This document shows, piece after piece, positions 1-7,771 of a DNA stretch of 64,000 nt; the first letter of the stretch is position 1; each line of letters opens with the position of its first letter. Below the pieces are notes generated by a model that was given only the letters and a program-made list of their open reading frames with translations, was not told the DNA's origin and did no database searches. Source of the DNA: Elusimicrobiota bacterium (GTDB lineage: Bacteria; Elusimicrobiota; Elusimicrobia; UBA1565); the NCBI GenBank assembly GCA_016196755.1, contig JACPXC010000062.1:45043-109042 (forward strand). Direction: 5' to 3'. The position numbers and the translations under genes are program-made.

Positions 1-2163
1 GTCGAGGTCGTAGTCGGCCCAGGCCGCGCCGCGGGCGTTCGCCGAGTCGCTCAGCCCCACGACCGTGAAGGACCCGCGCCCGTCGTTCTTGAGGATGAAG
101 CTGTCGGTGCCGCCGTCCTTGGCGCAGGCCAGGTCCAGGTCGCCGTCGTTGTCGTAGTCTCCCCAGGCCACCCCCGCGATGCGGCCGGTCGTCGTCAAGT
201 CGCGGCTGCCGTAGCCGGATGGGTGCCGGATGAGCAGCATGACCCCGGCCCCGTGCCCGACCGCGGCATCGAGGTCGCCGTCGCCGTCCGCGTCGCCCAT
301 GGCCACGGCGTAGCCGTCGAGAGAGCCCGCCGTGTCAAACGGCATGAAGGAGAGGCCGCCGTCGTTTCTTAGGAGCCGCGGAGAGAAGGTCGAGCGCGAA
401 GCGATAACATCCAGGTCGCCGTCGAGGTCGACGTCGCCCAGCGCCAGACCCCGGTAAGCCTCGAGTCCCCCCAGCTCGACCTTGACGAAGGTGCTGACCG
501 AGATGTCGTTGCGGAGCACGAAGCTCCTGTCCACCACGCCGCTGTCGCCAACCAAGATGTCCGGGTCCCCGTCGTTGTCGATGTCGCCGGCGTCCAGACC
601 CCAGTTGTCGCCGCCAGCCATGAAGTTACGGGTCATGTACGCGGTGGTCTGGGCTCCGAGGTTGGACAAGAGGGAGCTGTTTTGGAAGCTGTCGGTGGAG
701 CGGATGGCGAAGTAATACGAAAGGCTCGAAGACAGCACGGAGAAGGTGGCGGTCTGGAGGGAGCCGGCCTTCGCTCCCGACACCGGGATGTCGAGCCTGA
801 TGTTCGCATTGTCATAGAGCGGTTGCCCTACGATCGGGACCTGCGAGGCCCGCAGCGAGAAGAAGCCGTTGAGCAGCGAGTTGACGTCCGACGAGTCGGC
901 GCTGGGCGAGGTCCATTCCAGCGTCACCGCCATCGTGCTGACGCCCAGCCCGGATACCGTGACAGAAGCGACCCTCAGGTCCGTGATGGCGGCCGGCGCC
1001 TTGAACGGATCGTCGAAGGTGACCTGGTCCGAGGACCCGGACGAGAAGCCGGGATCGCTCGAGCCGACCTTGTTGGCGGAATTGAGCAGCGCGATCCGTC
1101 CAACGGAACCTTCGCCGCCGTCGGAGCCGGTGCCCAGTCCCGCCGCCCCTTGGGTGGAGGCGACGACTCCGACGCCGAGGTCCACGGTACGCGTCGACAA
1201 GAGCAGGATCGAACCGCCGGCGCCGCCGCCGCCGCTGGCCCCCGTGCCGTTCCCGGTGCCCGAGGCGCCGCTGGCGCTGACCTTGGCGCCGGAAAGGATG
1301 ATGTCGCCGCAGGAGACCAGGAGCATGATCCCGCCTCCGGAGCCGCCCTGGGCACCGACGCCGCTCAAAGTACCGCCGCCGCCGCCGCCGCCGCCGCCCA
1401 TGTACAGAAAGTCCGTCAACGAGACGGTTCCCGTGGAAGCCCCCCCCGTTCCCACGGGCGCGCCGCCGTCTCCGCCGTTTTGCCCGCCGGTCGCATAGCC
1501 GCCGCCGCCGCCGCCCGAGGCGGGGCCGGCCGCGCCGCCGCCGCCGCCGCCGCCGGTCCCCAGATTGGCCGTGGCGTTGGACTGCGCCGCGTTCGTCGGG
1601 GATTCCCCCTGCCGACCGGTGCCGCTATCGGGACCGCCGAAGCCAGAACGATAGCCGGCGCCCTGGACCGTAACGGTCCCGCCGGTGACCTGGATCGGCC
1701 CGGAGGACACCGCCACGAACACGCCGCCCACCCCCGCCCCGGGGTTCCAGCCCCCGGCGCCCCAGAGCGCGCCCGACTGGACGTTGACGTAGGAGTATTC
1801 GCGGACCCGGATGATCTGGACCCTATCGACTGATTGGAAATTGTGGCTGAGACCCTTCGAAAGCTGCAGGTTGCTCGGAGCCGTGCCGAACAGACGGTTG
1901 AATTCGTAGACGCCGCCGGTGGGCAGCTTCATCGCGATGATCAGGACGAGGTCCCCGGCGGCGAAGCCGCTCTCGTTGACGACGCCGAGAGCCATGCTGC
2001 CGACGGAGGCATCGCTCGCCAAGATTGTGCGGACGCTGTCCTCGAGCCTGGGGGCGTTCACCGTCAACGGCCCGTCCGAGCCGTCACCGCAATACCAGGA
2101 GGCCGCGTCGGCCGAGCCCGGCGGCAAGGCGGACAGCAGGAGACCGAGCGCCAGCCGCCTCAA
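1..2163 (-). CDS. FG-GAP/VCBS repeat secreted protein, N-terminal ~720 aa (C-terminus beyond window start)
   Basis: Minus-strand frame is open from nt 1 up to the stop at 2179-2181. Translation shows repeated FG-GAP Ca-binding motifs (DYDNDGDLDLA, DIDNDGDPDILVG, DVDLDGDLDV) and a long Gly/Ser/Thr-rich tract. After TTG at 2163-2161 there is a signal-like N-terminus RRLALGLLLSALPPGSADAAS. Missing from the ORF track only because its stop lies off-window. Confidence 0.7.
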   Translation of the reverse strand, partial: MRRLALGLLLSALPPGSADAASWYCGDGSDGPLTVNAPRLEDSVRTILASDASVGSMALGVVNESGFAAGDLVLIIAMKLPTGGVYEFNRLFGTAPSNLQLSKGLSHNFQSVDRVQIIRVREYSYVNVQSGALWGAGGWNPGAGVGGVFVAVSSGPIQVTGGTVTVQGAGYRSGFGGPDSGTGRQGESPTNAAQSNATANLGTGGGGGGGAAGPASGGGGGGYATGGQNGGDGGAPVGTGGASTGTVSLTDFLYMGGGGGGGGGTLSGVGAQGGSGGGIMLLVSCGDIILSGAKVSASGASGTGNGTGASGGGGAGGSILLLSTRTVDLGVGVVASTQGAAGLGTGSDGGEGSVGRIALLNSANKVGSSDPGFSSGSSDQVTFDDPFKAPAAITDLRVASVTVSGLGVSTMAVTLEWTSPSADSSDVNSLLNGFFSLRASQVPIVGQPLYDNANIRLDIPVSGAKAGSLQTATFSVLSSSLSYYFAIRSTDSFQNSSLLSNLGAQTTAYMTRNFMAGGDNWGLDAGDIDNDGDPDILVGDSGVVDRSFVLRNDISVSTFVKVELGGLEAYRGLALGDVDLDGDLDVIASRSTFSPRLLRNDGGLSFMPFDTAGSLDGYAVAMGDADGDGDLDAAVGHGAGVMLLIRHPSGYGSRDLTTTGRIAGVAWGDYDNDGDLDLACAKDGGTDSFILKNDGRGSFTVVGLSDSANARGAAWADYDLD

Positions 2164-3197
2164 CGCGCACCTCCGCCGTTAGGCGCCGCCGCCGGCCCCG
2201 CCAGCGGCCCCACCTTCTGCCCGCCGAAGCGCAGGGTGAACGACACCCGGTGCGCGTTGCCGAGCTCGCCGTAGGGGAGCAAGGTGTAGTCCATGTTCCC
2301 GAACTTGGACCGGAACCCCATCCCCATGAACATCCCGTAGAACTCGGCCAGCCCGGGCGCCGTCGAGCCCAGAGCCTTCCCCAGCGCCGCCGTGCGCTGG
2401 GCCGAGGTCGTCGTGCGGTAGCCGGCGCGGAGGGCGAACGGGCCGAAGCCCAGATACTCGAAGCCGAGCCTAAACGCAGGGCTGTTGTCGCGCGGCAGGT
2501 CGAGCTGGAAGCTCAGCGCATGCGGGAACTTGGCCGTCATCCCGTAGGCGCCGCCCAGGCGCAGGGTCAACGGCAGGGGATAGCCCTGGTCGAGGAAGGT
2601 CACCTTGGTGCCGAGGTTGACGACCGAGGCGCCCAACGACAACGGCAGGACGCGCAGGCGGTAAAGCGCGCCCATGTCGGCCGCGTAGGCGGTGGCCGAG
2701 TACTCGCCGATGGTCTGGCGGATGAACTTGCCCGTGAAGCCCAGCCCCACGGCCGTGCCGGTCAGCCGCTTGCCGTAGCTGAAACCCAGCATGAGGTCGG
2801 AGGCGCCGAAGGTGCCCTCGGGCGCGGCGGTCTCCGTGGTGCGGCGCTCGATGCCGTCCAAGCCCAGGTGCGTGACGCTCATCCCCCACGGCCGGGCCAG
2901 GAAGCCGAACTGCGAGAGCCGGATGTCCTGGATGTGCATGGCATGCGAGGCCAGCATCTCGTAGCGGCGCGTCGTCTGGCGGGCGGCCTGGCCGGGGTCG
3001 AAGGCGAGCCCGGCGGGGTTGTAGTGCAGAGCCGAGACGTCGTCAGCCATCCCGACGAAGGCCTCGCCTATGCCCAGGGGACGGGCGCCGAAGCCGAGGT
3101 TGAGGAAGCTGGCGGCCGAGGTGCCGGGGCCGGCGGCGGAGATAGGCGAGGAGACCAGGACGAGGGCCGCCGTTATCAGGAGGGAAAGGCTTCGCAC
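2160..3197 (-). CDS. Outer-membrane beta-barrel transport protein, FadL/TodX/PorV-like
   Basis: ORF 2160..3848, trimmed to GTG at 3197 (MRSLSLLITAALVLVSSPISAAG signal peptide). N-terminal hatch motif ALHYNPAGLAF, alternating beta-strand pattern, C-terminal aromatic end. Its stop overlaps the TTG start of the downstream FG-GAP gene (TTGA). Confidence 0.6.
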   Translation of the reverse strand: MRSLSLLITAALVLVSSPISAAGPGTSAASFLNLGFGARPLGIGEAFVGMADDVSALHYNPAGLAFDPGQAARQTTRRYEMLASHAMHIQDIRLSQFGFLARPWGMSVTHLGLDGIERRTTETAAPEGTFGASDLMLGFSYGKRLTGTAVGLGFTGKFIRQTIGEYSATAYAADMGALYRLRVLPLSLGASVVNLGTKVTFLDQGYPLPLTLRLGGAYGMTAKFPHALSFQLDLPRDNSPAFRLGFEYLGFGPFALRAGYRTTTSAQRTAALGKALGSTAPGLAEFYGMFMGMGFRSKFGNMDYTLLPYGELGNAHRVSFTLRFGGQKVGPLAGPAAAPNGGGAR

Positions 3198-3281
3198 AGA
3201 TGGCCTGGAGCTCGCTATTAGGGTAGACGGGCTGTGCGAAGAAAGTGTTAACAGGATGCGAATAACGTATGTAAAACTCGC

Positions 3282-3287
3282 TAGAAT
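3282..3287 (+). promoter_or_regulatory. -10 box TAGAAT, 6 nt upstream of ATG 3294 (leaderless-type)
   Basis: Motif cgCTAGAAT immediately before the start codon. The same gCTAGAAT motif recurs upstream of smpB and of the HEAT-repeat gene. Confidence 0.35.
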
Positions 3288-3293
3288 CCCACG

Positions 3294-3896
3294 ATGCCCC
3301 GTCGGAGCTTCCCGGCCGCCCTTGCCGCCTGCGCCTTGGCCTGCTCGGTCCCGGCCCCCGTGGCGCCTCCCCCGTCGCCGGTCGCCAGCGCCGAGCTCCC
3401 CCGCGACCCCCAGGTCCTGCGCGCCGCTGTGCGCGACGCCTACGCCGCAGGCGACTTCACGCGCGGACTCGCGCTCGTCAAGCGCCTGCTCGAGGTCTCC
3501 ACCGACAAGGTCACCGCCTACGACGCCATCGGCTCGATCTACTTCTCCCTGGGCCGCGGGGCCGAGGCGATGGGGATGTGGGAGGCCGCCCTGCCGCTTG
3601 AGACCGACCCCAAGCGGCGCGCCGAGCTGGCCGCCTCGGTGTCCTTGGCGCGGCGCAGCCTCGGCCTGCCCGAGCCCAAGCCGGCGGCGGCCGCCAAGCC
3701 CCCCAAGAAGCCCGCCAAGACGCAGACCCCCGCCGACCCGCGCCGGGTCGAACTGCTCTACCAGGAGGGCCTGGTCAAGTACGCGAAGGGCGAGTACCTG
3801 GCCGCCACCACCCTGTTCATGCGCGCGCTGGAGCTCGACCCCAAGCATACCCCGTCGATCAAGGCCCTCGAGCGCCTCAAGCTCAACGCCCCATGA
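3294..3896 (+). CDS. TPR-like lipoprotein
   Basis: Signal peptide with lipobox LACS, TPR-like helical pairs, Lys/Pro-rich linker. Stop overlaps the next start (ATGA). Confidence 0.6.
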   Translation: MPRRSFPAALAACALACSVPAPVAPPPSPVASAELPRDPQVLRAAVRDAYAAGDFTRGLALVKRLLEVSTDKVTAYDAIGSIYFSLGRGAEAMGMWEAALPLETDPKRRAELAASVSLARRSLGLPEPKPAAAAKPPKKPAKTQTPADPRRVELLYQEGLVKYAKGEYLAATTLFMRALELDPKHTPSIKALERLKLNAP

Positions 3897-5206
3897 CCTT
3901 GCGCCTCAAACTGGGGTTGGCGCTGGCCTTGGTCGCGCTGGGCTCGACGGCCGCCGCCACGGCGCTCATGTTCCGCCTCCAGACCGAGGCCCTGCGCGCC
4001 TCCGAGGCCGAGACCCTGCGCCTGCTTTCGGACGGCGTGCGCCGCGTCGCCCAAGAATCCCTGCTCGCCCAGGACCCGCTCATGCTGCTCGACCATCTCG
4101 CCCACCTGCGCCGCGAGAGGCCCGAGGTCGCCGCCGCGCGGGCCATGGTCTCCGGTACCTGGCGCGAGGTCGGCGGCCCCGCCAAGGCCGACGCGGGGCC
4201 ACCCGTCGGAATAAAGGCGCAGGCCCCCGACGGCGCCGCGGCCGAGGCCGAGCTCTCCTTCTCGACGCGCCTCTTGGCCGAGCGCATGGCCGCGGCCCGC
4301 GCCGAGCTCGGGGCCCGCGCCCTGCGCGCCGGCGGCCTGGCCGCGGCGCTGGGGGTGGTCGTCGCGGCCCTGCTCAGCGCGCCGCTGACCGGGCGCATCC
4401 TCCGCATCGAGCGCGCCGTGGCCGAGATAGCGGAAGGCAAGCTAGGCGTCCAGGCCGAGGCGGCGGGCTCCGACGAGGTGGCCCGCCTGGCCCGCGGCGT
4501 CAACGCCATGTCGGCCCGGCTCAAGGAGCTCGACGAGCTCAAGCGCCTGTTCGTCGCCTCGGTCACCCACGAGCTGCGCTCGCCGCTGGGTGCTATCCAG
4601 GCCCAGGCCGCCGAGCTCATCGCCGCCGGCGGTCTGGCCGAGGGCCAGGCCGAGATGCTGGGACGGGTCCGGCGCAACGCGGCCCGGCTCGAGCACTTCG
4701 TGGCCTCGCTGCTCGAGGTGGCCAAGATCGAGCGCGGCCAGCTCGAGTACTCCCCCCGCCGGGCGGTCCTCGGCCCCATCGTCGAGGACGCCGCCCTGTT
4801 CTTCGCCGCCCGCGCGCGCGAGGCGGGCCTGAGCATGGAATCCCGCGTCGAGCCCGGCCTGCCCGAGCTCAACCTCGACCCCGACCTCATGACCCAGGCG
4901 GTGACGAACCTTATCTCCAACGCCATCAAGTACACCCCCAAGGGCGGCCGCGTCACGGTCTCGGCCGCCAAGGAAGGCAGAGCCGTCGAGGTGGCCGTCG
5001 CGGACACCGGCGTCGGCATCGCCCCCGAGGCTCTAGCCCGCCTCTTCACCCCCTTCGAGCGCGTCAAGAACCCCACCGGCGCCCCCGGCGTTGGCCTCGG
5101 ACTCGTCATCACCAAGTCCATCATCGAACGCCACGGCGGCACGCTCACCGTGACTTCCCAACCCGGCCAAGGCAGCCGGTTCTCCTTCCGCCTTCCTGTT
5201 GCGTAA
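3893..5206 (+). CDS. Sensor histidine kinase (2 TM, HAMP, HisKA, HATPase_c)
   Basis: H-box VTHELRSPLGAI, HAMP-like linker, G-boxes DTGVGI and GLGLVI, two hydrophobic segments. Confidence 0.85.
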   Translation: MTLRLKLGLALALVALGSTAAATALMFRLQTEALRASEAETLRLLSDGVRRVAQESLLAQDPLMLLDHLAHLRRERPEVAAARAMVSGTWREVGGPAKADAGPPVGIKAQAPDGAAAEAELSFSTRLLAERMAAARAELGARALRAGGLAAALGVVVAALLSAPLTGRILRIERAVAEIAEGKLGVQAEAAGSDEVARLARGVNAMSARLKELDELKRLFVASVTHELRSPLGAIQAQAAELIAAGGLAEGQAEMLGRVRRNAARLEHFVASLLEVAKIERGQLEYSPRRAVLGPIVEDAALFFAARAREAGLSMESRVEPGLPELNLDPDLMTQAVTNLISNAIKYTPKGGRVTVSAAKEGRAVEVAVADTGVGIAPEALARLFTPFERVKNPTGAPGVGLGLVITKSIIERHGGTLTVTSQPGQGSRFSFRLPVA

Positions 5207-5265
5207 GGGGTCAGACCTCGATGTTGCGTTTGTTGCGTTCGGGGTCAGACCTTCATGTTGCGTAA
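5191..5265. repeat. REP-like repeat cluster (tandem units built on a TGTTGCG heptamer and GGGGTCAGACC hairpin core)
   Basis: GGGGTCAGACCTCGATGTTGCG at 5207-5228 and GGGGTCAGACCTTCATGTTGCG at 5241-5262. TGTTGCG occurs at about 5196, 5222, 5231 and 5256. The histidine-kinase stop codon lies inside a partial unit (cttcctgttgcgTAAg). Confidence 0.6.
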
Positions 5266-5280
5266 GTGCCTTTTGTCGCC

Positions 5281-5309
5281 TTGACGAGCCAACGGCCGGG
5301 CCGTAAACT
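5281..5309 (+). promoter_or_regulatory. Sigma70-like promoter (TTGACG-17-TAAACT) for the response-regulator operon
   Basis: TTGACG at 5281-5286, TAAACT at 5304-5309 with 17-nt spacing, ATG at 5318. Confidence 0.4.
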
Positions 5310-5317
5310 ATCGCTCC

Positions 5318-5686
5318 ATGGCGGAAATACTCGTCGTCGATGATGAAGAGGATTACCGCCTCCTATTGCGGCACATCCTCGAGCGCGCTGGCCACAAGGT
5401 AAAGCTCGCCGACTGCGGCGAGGCAGGCCTAGCGGCCTACCACAAAGCGAAGCCTGACCTTCTCATACTAGACGCCAACATGCCGGACCTCGAGGGCTAC
5501 GAGGTCTGCAGGCAGCTCAGGTCCGCCGGGCACAAGACCCCGGTGATCTTCTGCACGGTCCGGTCCGCGGTATCGAAGGTAGCCGAAGGATTGCGCGCCG
5601 GAGGAGACGACTACGTCGTCAAGCCCTTCTCGCCGGAAGACCTCCTTGGGCGGGTGAAGGACGTCCTTTCTCGGCCCGGAAAATGA
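5318..5686 (+). CDS. Single-domain response regulator (CheY-like receiver)
   Basis: VVDDEED acidic pocket, phospho-acceptor Asp in LILDANMPDLEG, conserved Thr/Ser and Lys (VVKPF). Confidence 0.85.
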   Translation: MAEILVVDDEEDYRLLLRHILERAGHKVKLADCGEAGLAAYHKAKPDLLILDANMPDLEGYEVCRQLRSAGHKTPVIFCTVRSAVSKVAEGLRAGGDDYVVKPFSPEDLLGRVKDVLSRPGK

Positions 5687-6360
5687 GGAACCTGGACGTC
5701 GCCGTCGTGGACGGCGACGCCGGACGCCGAGAAGGATTGACGGCTATCCTCAAGTCGCGCGGTCACAAAGTAGCGAGCTACGCGACCGCTGGGCGATTCT
5801 TCGACGGTATGCTCGCGGAGCCGGCGCGGGCAGCATTCATTTCGATGGAACTGCCCGGCATGGATGGGAGGGAAGTCATCCGCGTACTGCGCGCGAACCC
5901 GGAATGCCGAGGCATGGTACTGATCGCGCTCTCGGCGGGCAGAAGGCGCCGCGAGGAGGTCCTCGCCGGGTTCGAAGCCGGGGCCGACGAGTTTCTCGAG
6001 GTCCCGTTCGACCCCGATTTCCTGACGGTACGATTGGAGTCGTTGCTCCGCGCCCGGCCGGCCGCCGCCGCGGCAAACATCTTCGACCTTGACGGCATCG
6101 CAATCGACTTAGATGCCCGTACCGTCACGGTCGCCGGAAAGCCGGTCAAGCTTACCCGCCTCGAATTCGACCTAGCCGCACATCTTGTCCGTCATAGAGG
6201 ACGCGTCCTCACGCGGGGAGCGCTTCTCGGCGCTGTATGGGGTACGAACGGTTCGAGCTCACGCACCGTCGACAAGCATGTCGAGGCGCTGCGCAGGAAG
6301 CTCCCTCCTTTGGCCAAGCGGCTCGACACCATCGTCAATGTCGGCTATCTGCTCCGCTAG
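5683..6360 (+). CDS. OmpR/PhoB-family winged-helix regulator with a degenerate (pseudo-)receiver domain
   Basis: C-terminal trans_reg_C motifs (LTRLEFDLAAHLVRHRGRVLTRGALLGAVWG...VDKHVEALRRKL). In the receiver, the phospho-acceptor position reads ISMELPGMDG (Asp to Ser) and the conserved Lys is Val (EVPFD). ATGA overlap with the upstream regulator. Confidence 0.75.
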   Translation: MRNLDVAVVDGDAGRREGLTAILKSRGHKVASYATAGRFFDGMLAEPARAAFISMELPGMDGREVIRVLRANPECRGMVLIALSAGRRRREEVLAGFEAGADEFLEVPFDPDFLTVRLESLLRARPAAAAANIFDLDGIAIDLDARTVTVAGKPVKLTRLEFDLAAHLVRHRGRVLTRGALLGAVWGTNGSSSRTVDKHVEALRRKLPPLAKRLDTIVNVGYLLR

Positions 6361-7154
6361 GTCGATTCCTGTTTTGCCCTTTTCTCCCTAGCGCGACTCG
6401 CGCAAGAACGGTCGCGCCTGAGGAATGAGGCCACATCGATCCCTTTCGCTCCCTGCCGCAGCGCTTCTTGGATGAAGCGCGCCCTTGCCTTGACGGCCGG
6501 GCCGGAACGATCGCGGCTCCGCAGTATGCCGGCCGGAAGGCCTTCCGCGCGTTCGACGCTGGCGATGATCGCCTCCAAATCGGCAGACGCCGACTGTGGC
6601 TCAGGAGCCCTTTCGGGTTCTTCCATGAACCGGTTGTAGGCCAGTACGGCCGCCGCTCTATCCAAGTCAAACAGCGAGAGTCCGAAGTCCATCTCAGCGA
6701 AGCCGTCCGGCACCCCTGTCGCATACGCGTTATGGCTAGACCACTTCCAATCTGAGGGCTTCTCGACTAAGCCGTGCCGGACGGGATTGCGGTGAATATA
6801 CCTCAAGACCTCCTGCACGTGAGCGTCTGAATGGCAGGGAAAGGCCTTGAACCGACCTTGAAAGACATGTCCAACGCGATCATGAGCCTTGTTGGATCTC
6901 ATCGCGAAAGAGGTCAGAGAGGCCTGTATCGCTCTCGAGATCGATTCCTCGAAGATACGGATTAAAAGGTGAAAATGATTCGGAATGAGGCAATAGGCGA
7001 GAAGGTCCGCGACAGGCAGCGACAATTCCTCCTTGAGCTTCTCCATGAACTTACCCCACTCGTCTTCGGCCTCGAACACCGTCTGCCTGCGATTGCCGCG
7101 GGAAATCACATGCATGACCGAACCGGGGACGAAGATCCTAGGAGGGCGTGCCAT
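6357..7154 (-). CDS. IS200-like Y1 HUH (RAYT-type) transposase with C-terminal DnaA-C-like HTH domain
   Basis: ORF 6357..7208, start taken at MARPPRIF. Motifs HVISRGNRRQTVF, LIPNHFHLLIR (HUH), HVFQGRFKA, RYIHRNPVRHG, followed by a DnaA C-terminal-like helix-turn-helix (ILRSRDRSGPAVKARARFIQEALRQ). Converges on the second response regulator with a 4-nt overlap. Confidence 0.8.
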   Translation of the reverse strand: MARPPRIFVPGSVMHVISRGNRRQTVFEAEDEWGKFMEKLKEELSLPVADLLAYCLIPNHFHLLIRIFEESISRAIQASLTSFAMRSNKAHDRVGHVFQGRFKAFPCHSDAHVQEVLRYIHRNPVRHGLVEKPSDWKWSSHNAYATGVPDGFAEMDFGLSLFDLDRAAAVLAYNRFMEEPERAPEPQSASADLEAIIASVERAEGLPAGILRSRDRSGPAVKARARFIQEALRQGAKGIDVASFLRRDRSCASRAREKRAKQEST

Positions 7155-7200
7155 AACATGTAATACGCTTATCCCCCCGATTTGGTTCCCTTTAAAGAAG

Positions 7201-7235
7201 CGCAACATCGAGGTCTGACCCCGAACGCAACAAGC
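7201..7235. repeat. REP-like repeat, inverted copy (22 nt identical to 5207-5228, 35 nt similar to 5229-5262)
   Basis: Reverse complement of 7201-7222 is GGGGTCAGACCTCGATGTTGCG; the flanking gcttgttgcgttc also matches. Lies in the 5' leader of the transposase, next to a TATAAT at 7236-7241. Confidence 0.6.
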
Positions 7236-7260
7236 TATAATGCCGCGTTGCGTCCCTCGC

Positions 7261-7350
7261 GGAGAGGTGCGTGAGTGGTTGAAACGAAACGACTGGAAAT
7301 CGTTTAGGGTGTAACAGCCCTCGGGGGTTCGAATCCCCCCCTCTCCGCCA
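7261..7350 (+). tRNA. tRNA-Ser (anticodon GGA), CCA encoded
   Basis: Hand-folded cloverleaf: acceptor GGAGAGG/CCTCTCC, anticodon loop CTGGAAA, long variable arm, T-arm GGGGGTTCGAATCCCCC, discriminator G plus CCA. Confidence 0.85.
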
Positions 7351-7381
7351 GTTCTTCATCATAGGATCCGGTGTTCCCATA

Positions 7382-7422
7382 GCCGAGCGGGTGCGTTTAG
7401 AGCGCGCCCGCTCGGCCTTTTT
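7382..7422 (+). terminator. Rho-independent terminator after tRNA-Ser
   Basis: Stem GCCGAGCGGG...CCCGCTCGGC followed by CTTTTT. Confidence 0.6.
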
Positions 7423-7487
7423 GGCGGGTACCGCAGGCGAGCGGAATATAAGGTATACTAATTATATTTAGTATTACTTTTTTATAT

Positions 7488-7516
7488 TTGACATACTTTA
7501 AGATATATGGTATACT
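7488..7516 (+). promoter_or_regulatory. Promoter (TTGACA-17-TATACT) with GTATAC palindromic operator-like repeats for the toxin-antitoxin operon
   Basis: Consensus -35 TTGACA at 7488-7493 and -10 TATACT at 7511-7516, inside a strongly AT-rich ~110-nt island. GTATAC repeated at about 7454 and 7510. RBS GGAGA lies 6 nt before ATG 7541. Confidence 0.5.
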
Positions 7517-7540
7517 TAGTTATAATCGTAGGAGATAAAA

Positions 7541-7771
7541 ATGGAAACCGGCGTCGTCACCATAAAGGGACAGGTTGTGATTCCGTCGAAAATCCGTCAT
7601 CGCCATCAGATCAAGAAAGGGACCAAGGTCTGCTTCATCGAACGCGGCGACGAGATCATCTTGAAGCCGGTCACCGACGAATACATCGACAAGCTGCGGG
7701 GGTCTCTGGGCACGAAAGGAGCCGTCCTCAGGTCCCTTATCGAGGAAAAGGGGCGCGAAAAGAAATTGTGA
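7541..7771 (+). CDS. AbrB/MazE/SpoVT-type antitoxin
   Basis: Swapped-hairpin motif TIKGQVVIPSKIRHRHQIKKG; 76 aa; stop overlaps the toxin start. Confidence 0.75.
   Translation: METGVVTIKGQVVIPSKIRHRHQIKKGTKVCFIERGDEIILKPVTDEYIDKLRGSLGTKGAVLRSLIEEKGREKKL

Larger units (their letters stand above)
5229..7235. mobile_element. Putative REP-bracketed RAYT unit carrying two response-regulator genes (REPtron-like)
   Basis: Inverted ~35-nt repeats at 5229-5262 and 7201-7235 flank the two response regulators and the RAYT-type transposase. An identical 22-mer is present at both ends. A tRNA gene and an AT-rich toxin-antitoxin module are adjacent. Confidence 0.35.

Noticed and set aside
1370-1570. GCC/GCCGCC simple-sequence tracts that might suggest a tandem-repeat locus or CRISPR-like array
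   Set aside because: They lie inside the FG-GAP protein coding frame and encode a poly-Gly/Ala linker on the minus strand. There is no repeat-spacer periodicity. No CRISPR arrays or cas genes were seen anywhere in the window.
682-5265. Long plus-strand ORFs (682..1833, 2025..3221, 3070..5265) and the 3883..5148 minus ORF listed in the track
   Set aside because: They are antisense to or out of frame with clearly homologous genes (FG-GAP protein, OMP, histidine kinase). Their translations are Arg/Ala/Pro-rich low-complexity strings typical of spurious ORFs in very GC-rich DNA.
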